A stretch of DNA of 64,000 nucleotides from assembly GCA_963805625.1 (NCBI GenBank), contig CAWDVE010000010.1, forward strand, positions 1,056,001 to 1,120,000. Direction: 5' to 3'. The notes beneath the pieces were generated by a model. It was not told where the DNA came from. It saw only the letters and a list, made by a program, of their open reading frames with translations, and ran no database searches. Source of the stretch: an uncultured Candidatus Rokubacteria bacterium (GTDB lineage Bacteria > Methylomirabilota > Methylomirabilia > Rokubacteriales > DASRDR01). Position 1 is the stretch's first letter; each line of letters begins with the position of its first letter. Below, one piece after another: positions 28,606 to 38,827 of this stretch. A program made the translations under genes and the position numbers.

Positions 28606-29907
28606 ATGGACACGCCGCCGACCAGCCTTCTTGCCCGCCTTCGCGACGAGTTCCCCGACTCGTCGGGCCGGCGCCTGCGCGCCTGGCTGGTGGCCGGCCG
28701 GGTGCGCGTGGGCGGCGAGATCGTTCGCGATCCGCGGACGCCCGTGGCCGCGGCCGATCGGATCACGCTCGGCCCGGCGCCGCCTCCCGCCCTCGCCGCG
28801 CCGCTCCGCCTGGTCCACGAGGACGAGTCGCTTCTCGTCATCGAGAAGCCGGCGGGGCTCCTCACGATCGGGACCGAGCACGAGCGGGAGCGCACGGCCT
28901 ACCGCATGGTGTGGGCCTATCTCAAGGGAGCGCGCCCCTCCCGCCGGCCGTTCATCGTCCATCGGTTGGATCGGGAGACCTCGGGCCTCCTGGTCATCGC
29001 CAAGACCCCGGAATCGAAGCAATACCTCCAGGCGCAGTTCTTCTCGGGCACCGCGGAACGGCGGTACGTCGCGATCGTCGAGGGTGTGGTGATGGCGAAC
29101 GAGGGAACGCTCCGCGACATCCTCGTGGAGGAGCGCTCGCTTCGCGTCAGGCCCGCCGATCCAACCCGGCCTCCGCCGAAGGGCCGGCGCGCGCGCATCG
29201 CGATCACCCGGTACCGCGTGATCGAGCGGCGAGCGGACGTGACCCGGGTGGCGCTCCAGCTCGGCACGGGCCGGCGTCATCAGATCCGCGTCCAGCTGGC
29301 GAAGCTCGGCCACCCGGTCGTCGGCGATGGCCGTCACGGCGCGCGCCGGGATCCGCTCCGCCGCTTGTGTCTTCACGCCACGCGACTCGGCTTCCGCCAT
29401 CCCGACACCGGGGTGCCGGTCCAGTTCGACAGCGCGCCTCCCGCCGCGTTCGCCAGCCTCGGGCGACCGGCAGATCGCCCGTCGCCGCCCCCTGCCTCCC
29501 GCCCGGAACGTCATGTGCGCGATACGATCCGCCGGCCCGCACAGCCCGGGCGGCGGCCGCCGCGCGCCGGCTCGGCACCGAGGCCATCGTGGGCGGAGCG
29601 GAGCTCGCCACCTCCAGCGCCCGGCCCGGGACGTGACGCGCGCGACGCGATCCGCCGGCCCCCCCAGCCCGGGCGGCGGCCACCGCACTACGGCCCTCCG
29701 CCAAAACCATCGTCGGCAGGACGCCGGTCACCACCCCCCCCGCCCGGCCCGGAGCGTGACGCGCGCGACGTGATGCGCCGGCCCGCACAGCCCGGGCGCC
29801 ACGCGATCCGCGGCGGCCCCGGACAGCCAGGGTGGTGGCCGCCGCGCGCCGGCACGGCGCCAAAGCCATGGCCAAGGGAACGACCACCGCGCCGACCCCC
29901 GCGTTGA
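28606..29907 (+). CDS. RluA/RluD-family pseudouridine synthase with Pro/Arg-rich repeat tail
   Basis: S4-like N-terminus, EKPAGL, VHRLDRETSG, TGRRHQIRV, GHPVVGD, LHA motifs. Confidence 0.9.
   Translation: MDTPPTSLLARLRDEFPDSSGRRLRAWLVAGRVRVGGEIVRDPRTPVAAADRITLGPAPPPALAAPLRLVHEDESLLVIEKPAGLLTIGTEHERERTAYRMVWAYLKGARPSRRPFIVHRLDRETSGLLVIAKTPESKQYLQAQFFSGTAERRYVAIVEGVVMANEGTLRDILVEERSLRVRPADPTRPPPKGRRARIAITRYRVIERRADVTRVALQLGTGRRHQIRVQLAKLGHPVVGDGRHGARRDPLRRLCLHATRLGFRHPDTGVPVQFDSAPPAAFASLGRPADRPSPPPASRPERHVRDTIRRPAQPGRRPPRAGSAPRPSWAERSSPPPAPGPGRDARDAIRRPPQPGRRPPHYGPPPKPSSAGRRSPPPPPGPERDARDVMRRPAQPGRHAIRGGPGQPGWWPPRAGTAPKPWPRERPPRRPPR
29502..29815 (+). repeat. 123-bp tandem repeat (about 2.5 copies) in the RluA tail
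   Basis: Units start at 29502, 29625 and 29748 and encode P(E/G)R..RD..RRP.QPGR. Confidence 0.85.
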
Positions 29908-30001
29908 CCCGCCGTGGCCCCTCCGCTACGCTCGCTGTGCGAGGCGACGGCGGAGACCGCCGCCCATACTCCACGGCACCCGAACGGCAGGAGGCCCGGT
30001 C

Positions 30002-30931
30002 ATGGCACAGGCAGCAGGCGAGCGAGTTGCGTACTTCAACGGCCGAATCGTCCCCGAGCGGGACGTGCGGGTCCCGTTCCGGGATCGCGGCTTCAAGTAC
30101 GGCGACGCGGTCTTCGACACGACGCGGACCTTCGGGCACCGCATCTTCCGCCTGAAGGAGCACCTCGACCGCCTCTATCGCTCGCTCCGTTATCTCCGCA
30201 TCGACCCGGGCATCGGGCTCGAGGAGCTCAAGCGGATCACCGAGGAGGTCCTGCACAAGAACCTCCCGCTCCTCGAGCCCGACGACGACTACTGGGTGAC
30301 CCAGCGCGTGACCCGGGGGCTCGATCCCTCGGACCGCGCGACATTCGGACAGTCGGGGCCGACCGTGATCGTCGAGTGTCTGCCGCTCCCGCTGCGCGAG
30401 CGAGCCGCCCTCTACCGTGACGGCATCCGGGTCGTCGTGCCATCCGTGAGGCGTGCCGCGCCGGACAGCCTCAGCGCCCGGACCAAGACGAACAACTACC
30501 TCAACGTGGTCCTGGGTGACCTCGAGGCCAAGGCCCGTGACCCCGAGGCCTGGGCCATCCTCCTCGACGTGAACGGGAACCTCGCCGAGGGAATCGGCAG
30601 CAACGTCTTCCTCGTCCGCGACGGCGTGATCTATACGCCGCGCGAGCAGTTCGTCCTGCCCGGGATCAGCCGGGAGACAGCCATCGAGCTCGCGCGAGAG
30701 CTCGGCTACACCGTCCACGAGCGGGACATCGACCTCTTTGACGCGTACAACGCCGAGGAGGCCTTCCTCACCTCGACCAGCCTCTGCGTCTGCCCCGTGC
30801 GGAGCTTCAACGGGGTGGAGCTGGGCGGGGGCCGGGTCCCGGGGCCCGTCACCCAGCGCGTCATCGAGGCCTACTGCCGCATGGTCGACTACGACTTCGT
30901 CGCCCAGTATCTCAAGCGGCTCACGCGCTAG
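30002..30931 (+). CDS. Aminotransferase class IV (IlvE/Dat-like)
   Basis: DRGFKYGDAVF, HLDRL, K...NYL, EG.GSNVF, LPGISR, EAFLTST motifs. Confidence 0.9.
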   Translation: MAQAAGERVAYFNGRIVPERDVRVPFRDRGFKYGDAVFDTTRTFGHRIFRLKEHLDRLYRSLRYLRIDPGIGLEELKRITEEVLHKNLPLLEPDDDYWVTQRVTRGLDPSDRATFGQSGPTVIVECLPLPLRERAALYRDGIRVVVPSVRRAAPDSLSARTKTNNYLNVVLGDLEAKARDPEAWAILLDVNGNLAEGIGSNVFLVRDGVIYTPREQFVLPGISRETAIELARELGYTVHERDIDLFDAYNAEEAFLTSTSLCVCPVRSFNGVELGGGRVPGPVTQRVIEAYCRMVDYDFVAQYLKRLTR

Positions 30932-30937
30932 CCCCCC

Positions 30938-31888
30938 ATGCGGGAGCTCTATCCCGAGATCGAGCCGTACCAGCAAGGGCACCTCAAGGTCTCGCCGATC
31001 GACGAGATCTACTACGAGCAGAGCGGCAACCCGAACGGGCGCCCCATCGTCTTCGTCCATGGCGGTCCGGGGGGAGGGACGGAGGGATTCCAGCGCCGGT
31101 TCTTCGATCCGGCGACCTACCGGATCGTCCTCTTCGACCAGCGGGGGGCCGGGAAGAGCCGACCCTACGCCTCCCTCGAGGACAACACCACCTGGCACCT
31201 CGTCGGCGACATGGAGCGCCTCCGCGAGGAGCTCGGGATCGACCGCTGGGTGGTCTTCGGCGGCTCGTGGGGCAGCACGCTCGGGCTCGCCTACGCGGAG
31301 AGCCACCCGGATCGCGTGCGCGGGCTGATCCTCCGGGGGATCTTCCTCGTCCGGCCCAAGGAGATCGCGTGGTTCTACCAGGAGGGCGCGAGCTTCATCT
31401 TCCCCGACGCCTGGGCGGCGTACCTCGAGCCCATCCCGCCCGCGGAGCGAGGCGACCTCGTCGCGGCGTACTACCGGCGGCTGACGAGCCCGGACGCGTC
31501 GGTGCGCGCTCGCGCGGCGCGCGCCTGGAGCGTCTGGGAGGGCTCGACGAGCAAGCTCACCCCCGACCCGAAGCTAATCGCCCGATTCGCGGGCGACACC
31601 TTCGCGGAAGCCTTCGCGCGGATCGAGTGCCACTACTTCGCCCACGGGTCGTTCCTGCGCCACCCGGAGCAGCTGCTGGACGACGTCCAGCGGATCCGCC
31701 ACATCCCGGGTGTCATCGTCCAGGGACGGTACGACGTGGTGTGTCCCATGGTCTCGGCCTGGGAGCTCCACCAGCGCTGGCCGGAGGCGGAGTTCCACGT
31801 CGTCCCCGACGCGGGACACTCCGCCCTGGAGCCGGGAACCGTCCACCGGCTGGTGGAGGCGACCGACCGCTTCCGCACCCTGCCCTAG
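30938..31888 (+). CDS. pip: Proline iminopeptidase
   Basis: HGGPG, FDQRG.G.S, GGSWGSTL, QGRYD, AGH motifs. Confidence 0.95.
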   Translation: MRELYPEIEPYQQGHLKVSPIDEIYYEQSGNPNGRPIVFVHGGPGGGTEGFQRRFFDPATYRIVLFDQRGAGKSRPYASLEDNTTWHLVGDMERLREELGIDRWVVFGGSWGSTLGLAYAESHPDRVRGLILRGIFLVRPKEIAWFYQEGASFIFPDAWAAYLEPIPPAERGDLVAAYYRRLTSPDASVRARAARAWSVWEGSTSKLTPDPKLIARFAGDTFAEAFARIECHYFAHGSFLRHPEQLLDDVQRIRHIPGVIVQGRYDVVCPMVSAWELHQRWPEAEFHVVPDAGHSALEPGTVHRLVEATDRFRTLP

Positions 31889-31932
31889 CCTCGTCCGGCC
31901 ATCGCAACGCCGTCGGACGGCGAGGACACCGC

Positions 31933-32181
31933 GTCGAGAACTTCACGCTGATGGGGGATCCCGCCTGCTGCTTCACGCTGGGGACCAACGACTTCCTGGT
32001 CGGCGGCGGCGACCGCTACCAGGCCCTGAAGGCGGCGGCCGAGGCGCCGGGAGCCCGGAAGACAGCCATTCCCGAAACGGAGCAGCAGGCCCTGATCGCC
32101 TGCGTGGATCGCGTCCTCGGGCGGCGCGTCGACGTGCCCGATCCGGTCAGGACCCCGCGCATCGTCCGCATCGGTGGCTAA
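31933..32181 (+). pseudogene. C-terminal remnant of a 5'-nucleotidase-like gene
   Basis: FTLGTNDFLVGGGDRY...EQQAL...PRI matches the 5'-nucleotidase C-domain pattern (NDFLxxGGDxY). No N-terminus. Confidence 0.6.
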
Positions 32182-32331
32182 GGGCCGCGGAGGCGGACAA
32201 GCGGGTCAGGCCGACGCCCGCGGACACGGCACAGCGAGCGCCTCGATCCGCTCCGCGGAGACCGGATGCGCGCGGATCCAGGGTGGTGGCGGGATGTCTC
32301 GGCCGAGCCGCTCCCCCTTGGGCCGGGCCGG

Positions 32332-34284
32332 TCAGGGCTCGGGCGGGAGGAGGCGAACCTCCTCGGGCGGCCAGGAGAGCGCGATCCGCGCGCCGCGCCG
32401 GAGCGTGGATCCGCCCGCGCGGCGTGAGCGGGTCACGGTGAGTCGCTCGCCTCCGTCGAGGCGAACCTGGCCGCGCTCGGTCGGCCCGGGATCGGCCACG
32501 TCCTCGACGACCCCCGCGAGCCCCTCGTTCCCCGCACCGGCCTCCGCAACGACCGCCGCGTCCGGACGGAGCAGCACGACCACGCGATCGCCGGCGCGGG
32601 CCGGGCTCCCCGCCGCGTCGATGCGCTGTCCCCCGGCGGTCCGGAGGAGCACGTTCTCGCCCGCGATGGAGACCACGACGGCGTCGAGGAGGTTCGACTC
32701 CCCCACGAAGCCCGCCACGAATGCGGTCGCCGGGCGCTCGTAGAGCACGCGGGGCGCCGCGACCTGCTGGAGCCGCCCCGCCCGCATGACCGCGACCCGA
32801 TCGGAGAGCTCCATCGCCTCGTCCTGATCGTGGGTCACGAGGACGACGGTGATGCCGAGCGCCCGGTGAAGCTCGCGGAGCTCCGCCCGCATCGTCTCGC
32901 GGAGGGCACGATCCAGCGCCCCGAAGGGCTCGTCCATCAGCAGCACGCGCGGCCGGAAGACGAGCGCCCGGGCGAGCGCGATCCGCTGCTGCTGCCCGCC
33001 CGAAAGCTGCCGCGGCAGCCGGTCCCCGTGGCCGGGCAGGCGCACCAGCTCGAGCATCGCACCCACGCGCGCGGTCACCTCCGCCTCGGAGGCCCCCCGT
33101 ACGCGAAGCGGGAAGGCCACGTTCTCCCAGACCGTCAGATGCGGGAAGAGCGCGTAGTCCTGGAACACCATGCCCACCGCGCGGCGATGCGGCGGCCGCG
33201 CCGACACGTCCGCGCCGTCGATCCGGACCGTCCCCCCGTCGGGCGCCTCGAACCCGGCGATCAGGTTCAGCACCGTCGTCTTGCCGCAGCCCGACGGCCC
33301 GAGGAGCGTCACCAGCTCACCGGGCTCGACCTCCAGCGCGAGACGGTCGACGGCCGCGACCGCACCAAACCGCTTGGTGAGATCGACCAGACTGAGGCGG
33401 GCGCCGTCGCGCCTCTCAGGATCGGGCCCTCGCGACAGCGCGCCAGCCGACGGCGCGCTCGGTGCCGGGGCCACCGCGGAATCCGGCACGCGATCGTCCC
33501 CCCGCCGTCCGGCGGCGCCGAATCTCGCCACGACACCGAGCAGGCCGAGAGCGCCGAGCATCTGGAGGGTCGCGACGGCGGTCAGGAGCGGGTTGAACTC
33601 GTCCTGGGTGATCGTGCTCCACATCTTCCGCGGGAGGGTCGTCGTGGCGGGGCCGCTGACGAACAGCGCGATCACGACCTCGTCGAAGGAGACGATCGCC
33701 GCGAAGAGCGTGCCCGCCAAAATTCCACGCCCCACGAGAGGAAGCGTCACTCGCCAGAGCGCCTGCCACGCCGTCGCGCCCAGGCTCCGGGCGGCGCACT
33801 CGAGCCGCGGGTCGAGCCCGCGCGCCGCCGCCTCGACGCTCAGCACGACGTAGGGTACGCCCAGGGTCGCGTGAGCGAGCACCAGCGCGACGAGCGTGCC
33901 GCCCAGGCCGATCGCCGCGAACCCCGCGTAGAGCGCGATCGCAACCAATAGGACCGGGACCATCACCGGGAGGAGGACGACGGTCCGGAGTGCCCGCCGG
34001 AGGCCCGCGGTCCCGCGCGCCCGGCCGAGGGCGAGGCCCGCAGGAGTACCGAGGAGGGCCGCCAGGAGCGCAGCCAGGACGGCCACCACGACGCTCGTCG
34101 CGGCCGCCTCCCGCCACTCGCGGTCGGCGAGTACCCGCCTGTACCACTCGAGCGTCAGCGCGTCCGGGGGAAAGGCGAGCCAGGTGGTCCTGGAGAGCGA
34201 CATCGGCACGAGGGCAAGGATGGGCAGGAGGAGGAAGGCGATGCTCAGCCCCGCCGCACTCCCCATCGCCAGGCGGAACGGCAC
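32332..34284 (-). CDS. Fused ABC permease (PotC-like) + ATP-binding subunit (PotA-like) with TOBE domain
   Basis: TM domain with EAA-like loop (LECAARSLGA) in frame with GPSGCGKT, LSGGQQQR, LLMDEP, VTHDQ. Confidence 0.9.
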   Translation of the reverse strand: MPFRLAMGSAAGLSIAFLLLPILALVPMSLSRTTWLAFPPDALTLEWYRRVLADREWREAAATSVVVAVLAALLAALLGTPAGLALGRARGTAGLRRALRTVVLLPVMVPVLLVAIALYAGFAAIGLGGTLVALVLAHATLGVPYVVLSVEAAARGLDPRLECAARSLGATAWQALWRVTLPLVGRGILAGTLFAAIVSFDEVVIALFVSGPATTTLPRKMWSTITQDEFNPLLTAVATLQMLGALGLLGVVARFGAAGRRGDDRVPDSAVAPAPSAPSAGALSRGPDPERRDGARLSLVDLTKRFGAVAAVDRLALEVEPGELVTLLGPSGCGKTTVLNLIAGFEAPDGGTVRIDGADVSARPPHRRAVGMVFQDYALFPHLTVWENVAFPLRVRGASEAEVTARVGAMLELVRLPGHGDRLPRQLSGGQQQRIALARALVFRPRVLLMDEPFGALDRALRETMRAELRELHRALGITVVLVTHDQDEAMELSDRVAVMRAGRLQQVAAPRVLYERPATAFVAGFVGESNLLDAVVVSIAGENVLLRTAGGQRIDAAGSPARAGDRVVVLLRPDAAVVAEAGAGNEGLAGVVEDVADPGPTERGQVRLDGGERLTVTRSRRAGGSTLRRGARIALSWPPEEVRLLPPEP

Positions 34285-34285
34285 G

Positions 34286-35143
34286 TCAGCGCCTCCCTGC
34301 CCCGACCAGGGCCTCCAGCCGGAGCGCCCGCTGAGCGGGTACGAGCGCGACGATCGTGGCGACCAGCAGCACCAGCCCGAGCGCGGAGGCGAGGGGCCAG
34401 TCCTGGGTCTGACTCACGTGGGCCTCGATCAGCATCGCGAGCGTCGTCACCTTCCCGCCCCCGAGAAGGGCGGGCGTGATGAAGAACCCGAGCGCCACCA
34501 CGAAGAGGAGGAGGCTGCCCGCGCCGACGCCGGCCCGCGACAAGGGCCACCAGACCCGCCGAAAGGCCTGCCACTCGGTGGCCCCGAGACCGGCCGCGGC
34601 GCGGAGGAGGCCGGGGTCGATCCCGCGCATGGCGCCGTACAGCGACAGGATCATGTACGGGAGCAGGACGTGGATCATCCCGATGTGCACGCCCACCTCG
34701 TTGTAAACGAGGGGCACCGGCTCCCGCACGACGCCGAGCCCCAGGAGCAGGCGGTTGACGGCGCCCTGGCGCTGCAGCAAGACCATCCAGGTGAAGCTCC
34801 GCGCGAGCACGCTGATCCAGAATGGCGCCACGACCAGGGCGAGCAAGAGCTGCCCGCGCCATCCCCGGGCGCGGGCGAGCGCGTAGGCGACCGGGTATCC
34901 GAGCACGAGGCACGCGAGCGTCACCGTCACGCTCAGCCGGAATGTCCGGAGCAGCGCGTCGCGGTAGAGCGGCGTCAGCAGGAGCTCGCGCCACGGCGCT
35001 CCGGTGGGAGCGGTCGGCGCCATTGTTGGCACGAGCCCCCAGACGAGCACCCGGGCGATCGGCCCCACGAAGACGACGACGAGGAAGGCGAGGAGCGGCA
35101 AGACCGGCCACAGTGCCAACCGGGTCGAGCCTCCGGGGTTCAC
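34286..35143 (-). CDS. ABC permease (PotB-like)
   Basis: LGYPVAY, PFWIS.L.R, AA.GLGA, FITPALLGG motifs. Confidence 0.9.
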   Translation of the reverse strand: MNPGGSTRLALWPVLPLLAFLVVVFVGPIARVLVWGLVPTMAPTAPTGAPWRELLLTPLYRDALLRTFRLSVTVTLACLVLGYPVAYALARARGWRGQLLLALVVAPFWISVLARSFTWMVLLQRQGAVNRLLLGLGVVREPVPLVYNEVGVHIGMIHVLLPYMILSLYGAMRGIDPGLLRAAAGLGATEWQAFRRVWWPLSRAGVGAGSLLLFVVALGFFITPALLGGGKVTTLAMLIEAHVSQTQDWPLASALGLVLLVATIVALVPAQRALRLEALVGAGRR

Positions 35144-35297
35144 GTCCCGAACCCGGTGTCTCCGGCGCGGCCCGCCGCGCCGGACTTCAGATCACGCGCG
35201 CGGGAGGAGCACCCGGCACGCGCGGCGACGACCTTCGATCTCGTTTGAGCGGGCGGCCTCGTCCCGACGGGTCGGGAGACGATCGGTCGACAGCCCC

Positions 35298-36386
35298 TCA
35301 GCCGAGGAAGGTCAGCCAGCGCTTGAGGACCGCGTCGATGTTCTTCGCCCACCAGGCGCTGTCGACCTGGACCTGCCGCTCCACGTTGCCGGGCGCAGTC
35401 GGGAGCAGGGCCAGCGTCTCCTTCGACATCTTCTGGTAGGCGAGGCGATTCGGGACCCCGTACGGGAACAGCTCGGCGAACTGCGCCTCGGGCTCGGGGC
35501 GCGTGTAGTGGGCCATGAGCCGCATGGCCGCCTCTCGGTTCTTGGCGCCCTTCGGCACGATCCAGAACGACTGCATCCACGCCCCGTTGTCGAACGTCCA
35601 GTCGACGTCGGCCCCGGCCTTCTTGAGGTCGATGAGCCGGCCGCTGAACCCCTCGATCAGGTCCACCTCGCCCCCGCGAAGGAGCGTCTGGATCTGGGCC
35701 GGGTTCTTGTACCAGACGTTCACGACGTCTTTCCGGCTCTCGAGGAACCGGAACGCGCGGTCGACGTCGAGTGGATAGAGCGCCCCCGGCGCGACGCCGT
35801 CGGCCAGGAGCGCGAACTCCAGCACGGGAACCGGCTGACCGTACATGGCGCGCCGGCCCGGAAATGCCTTCGGGTCGAAGAAGTCCTTCCAGGTGCGGGG
35901 CTGGCGGCCGGCGGGGAACTTCTGGCTGTTCCAGCCGAGCGAGTACGCGTACGCGACGGACCCGATGCCCCAGTCGCTCGCTGCGGACGGGAGCAGGTCG
36001 CCCCGCGGGATCACGGAGAAGTCGGCTCGCTCGAGCATGTCGTCGGCCGCCAGGCGCAGCATCATCTGGCCCTCGGCGTCCACGAGGTCCCACTCGACGG
36101 CCCGTGCCTGCACCATCGCGCGGATCTTCGCGATGTCCGGAACGCCCACCGTCCGGACCCGGATGCCGGTCTCGCGCTCGAACGGGTCGAAGAAGAGCTT
36201 GCGCTGCGCTTCGGTGTAGGTGCCGCCCCAGGTGCACACGACGACCTCGCTGCTCCCCTGGGCGCGGGCCGTCCGCGAGCCCAGCGCGAGGCCAGCTCCG
36301 GCCGTCACCGCTCCGGCACCCAGCGCGTGACGGAGGAACGTCCGCCGCCCGATACCGGTCCGATCCAGCGTTCCCCGCTTCGTCAT
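35298..36386 (-). CDS. ABC substrate-binding protein (PotD/F-like), Tat signal
   Basis: GRRTFL signal; WGG, EFALLADGV, LYPLDVDRAF motifs. Confidence 0.9.
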   Translation of the reverse strand: MTKRGTLDRTGIGRRTFLRHALGAGAVTAGAGLALGSRTARAQGSSEVVVCTWGGTYTEAQRKLFFDPFERETGIRVRTVGVPDIAKIRAMVQARAVEWDLVDAEGQMMLRLAADDMLERADFSVIPRGDLLPSAASDWGIGSVAYAYSLGWNSQKFPAGRQPRTWKDFFDPKAFPGRRAMYGQPVPVLEFALLADGVAPGALYPLDVDRAFRFLESRKDVVNVWYKNPAQIQTLLRGGEVDLIEGFSGRLIDLKKAGADVDWTFDNGAWMQSFWIVPKGAKNREAAMRLMAHYTRPEPEAQFAELFPYGVPNRLAYQKMSKETLALLPTAPGNVERQVQVDSAWWAKNIDAVLKRWLTFLG

Positions 36387-36532
36387 TCCGCCCTCCATGG
36401 CGTCAGCGCAGAGCGCGCCCCCGCGTCGCGGATCAGCCTAGCACAGCCGTCACCGCGCTCCGCGAACGTGCTCGTCATTGGCTGATCGCGTCGCGTCCCA
36501 ATTGGCCCCGCTGACGAGCCTGACCGGAAGGC

Positions 36533-37528
36533 TCACGAGAATCCGCCGCCGAGGCGCGGTCGAATGACGCGGCGGAACGCCTCGATCTCGCGCTCCGGCA
36601 TGTCGTAGCCACCCGCCAGCGTGTGCGCGGGGAACAGAAAGACGTGCTCCACGCCGGCCTCCTCGCGGGCGCGTAGCAGGCGGTCGGCGCAGTGCTCGGG
36701 CGGTCCGAAGAGGCCGAACGCGTCCGCGATCCCGGCGGCGAGATCCTCCGAGACGTCCCCGGGCGCCACCACGTTCGGAACCGGAAGACCGGCCAGGTGA
36801 AGCCAGTAGAGATTGGACGCGCTCGGATAGGTCAGCCACGGGTGCCCCGGAGCGAACCACTCCCGGGGCCAGTGCCGCGCTGCCGCCAGGCTCTCCTCGA
36901 TGGCGATGGTCGCGATGAACACGGTGCGGAAGCCGGCGAGCGAGCGGTCCGCCCGGCGAGCGCCCGCCTCGAGATGGCGACGGGCAGCGGCCACCGACTC
37001 CCGGTGGAGACCGACCATCAGGAGAGCGCCGTCGGCCACCTCGCCCGCCAGCTCCACCATGCGCGGGCCCGCGGCCAGCAGATAGACCGGGAGCGGTGAC
37101 GGTCCGAGGTTCCGGATCCGGCTCGGCGGGTCGCCGAAGGCAACCGACTCGCCGGCGAGGAGCCGGCGCAGCGCGACCACGGCCTGGCGCATCGTGTCCA
37201 CGGTCGCCCGGCGCCGCCCGACGCTCCGCGCCGAGAGAAAGCCCGGTGCGACGGTGAGACTGATCCGCCCCGGGGCGAGCTCGTCGAGACTGTGCGCCAG
37301 CGAGGCCAGCAGGACCGGATGACGAACGATCGGACTCGAGGTCGCCGGGTAGAGCCGCATCCGCCGCGTCCGCTCGGCGGCGAGCGCGAGAACTAGGTAG
37401 GCGTCACGCCCGCTGTGGGGATGATCGTGGACGCCCACCCCGTCGAAGCCGGCGTCCTCGCACCGCGCGATGACGTCCGCAACCTCCAGGATGGGGCGCC
37501 CGACGGGAACCCGGATGTCTACCTGCAC
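36533..37528 (-). CDS. LLM-class flavin-dependent oxidoreductase
   Basis: LAAERTRR, RHP, APGR, PVYLLAAGPRM..LAGEVADG motifs. Confidence 0.85.
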   Translation of the reverse strand: MQVDIRVPVGRPILEVADVIARCEDAGFDGVGVHDHPHSGRDAYLVLALAAERTRRMRLYPATSSPIVRHPVLLASLAHSLDELAPGRISLTVAPGFLSARSVGRRRATVDTMRQAVVALRRLLAGESVAFGDPPSRIRNLGPSPLPVYLLAAGPRMVELAGEVADGALLMVGLHRESVAAARRHLEAGARRADRSLAGFRTVFIATIAIEESLAAARHWPREWFAPGHPWLTYPSASNLYWLHLAGLPVPNVVAPGDVSEDLAAGIADAFGLFGPPEHCADRLLRAREEAGVEHVFLFPAHTLAGGYDMPEREIEAFRRVIRPRLGGGFS

Positions 37529-37627
37529 TCGGGCCTCGTCTCAATCCCACTGCCGTTCGAGCTGACCAACGGCGAACCGGCACGAGGCCCCACGGCGCTT
37601 CGCCGACACACGCCGATGGCGGCAGGC

Positions 37628-38788
37628 TCAGGACACGTCGGCACGGCGGACGACGGTCCGGTCGAGGTCGCCGATGCGCGGCACGCCGGTGAGCGCGAGC
37701 GCATGGTCGACCTCGTTCGCGAGGATCTCCAGCGCCCGCCGGACACCGGCCGATCCCCCGACCGCCAGGCCGTAGAGGTACGGGCGGCCGACCATCACGG
37801 CCTTCGCCCCCAGCGCGAGAGCGCGAACCACGTCCGCCCCGCGCCGGACGCCGCCGTCCAGCAAGACCTCCATCCGGCCGCCGACGGCGTCCACGATCTC
37901 CGGCAGGGCTTCCACCGTCGCGGGACAACCGTCGAGCTGCCGCCCGCCGTGGTTCGAAACGACGAGCCCGTCGACGCCGTGCTCGGCTGCGCGCCGGGCA
38001 TCCGCCACGGTGAGAACCCCCTTCAAGAGGAGCGGGCCGGACCAGAGTGACCGGAACCACGCGAGGTCGGCCCAGGCGATCGACGGATCGACCTGCCGGT
38101 TGGCCACGCCGGCCAGCGTCACGACGTCCGTCCGCGGCGCGCCCGGCATGCCCACCAGGTTCGCCAGCGTGAGCCGCGGCCCGAGGAGCACCCGGCGCAC
38201 CCATCCCACTCGCCGGAGGGTGTCGACGAGGCTCCGTACCGTCACGCGGGGCGGGACGGTGAAGCCGTTGCGGAGGTCCCGCTCGCGGCGGCTGATGACC
38301 GGCACGTCGACCGTGAGGAGGAGGGCGCGGTACCCCGCCGCCCGGGCTCGCTCGACGAACGCCCGCGTCAGGTCCCGGTTCTGCCACACGTACAGCTGGA
38401 ACCACAGCGGCCCCGGCGCCCCCGCCGCCACCTCCTCGATCGAGCAGCTCGAGTGAGTGCTGAGCGTGTAGATGGTCCCGGCCTCGTGGGCCGCGCGGGC
38501 GGCCGCCACCTCACCCTTGGGCCAGCAGAGCCCGGCCATGCCGGTCGGCGACACGAGGACCGGGGTCGCCACGCGCTCGCCGAGGATGACGGTCGCCTGC
38601 TCACGCTTCGAGACGTCCACGAGGACGCGCGGCTGGAGGAGGAGCCGCTCGAACGCTGCGCGGTTCCGGGCCACCGTCTGCTCGTCGCCGGCGCCGCCCT
38701 CGACGAAGTCGAAGACCGCGCGGGGCAGCCGCCGCCGGGCGACGCGGCGCAGGTCGTCGATGGTATAGGCCCGGGCCAGGCTCCTCAT
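37628..38788 (-). CDS. FMN-dependent alpha-hydroxy acid dehydrogenase (LldD-like)
   Basis: FDFVEGGA, WFQLY, LTVD, LKG, SNHGGRQLD, DGGVRRG motifs. Confidence 0.92.
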   Translation of the reverse strand: MRSLARAYTIDDLRRVARRRLPRAVFDFVEGGAGDEQTVARNRAAFERLLLQPRVLVDVSKREQATVILGERVATPVLVSPTGMAGLCWPKGEVAAARAAHEAGTIYTLSTHSSCSIEEVAAGAPGPLWFQLYVWQNRDLTRAFVERARAAGYRALLLTVDVPVISRRERDLRNGFTVPPRVTVRSLVDTLRRVGWVRRVLLGPRLTLANLVGMPGAPRTDVVTLAGVANRQVDPSIAWADLAWFRSLWSGPLLLKGVLTVADARRAAEHGVDGLVVSNHGGRQLDGCPATVEALPEIVDAVGGRMEVLLDGGVRRGADVVRALALGAKAVMVGRPYLYGLAVGGSAGVRRALEILANEVDHALALTGVPRIGDLDRTVVRRADVS

Positions 38789-38827
38789 GTGCGCGGTGAT
38801 GATACCATCGCCTCCCGTGAGGTTCGT

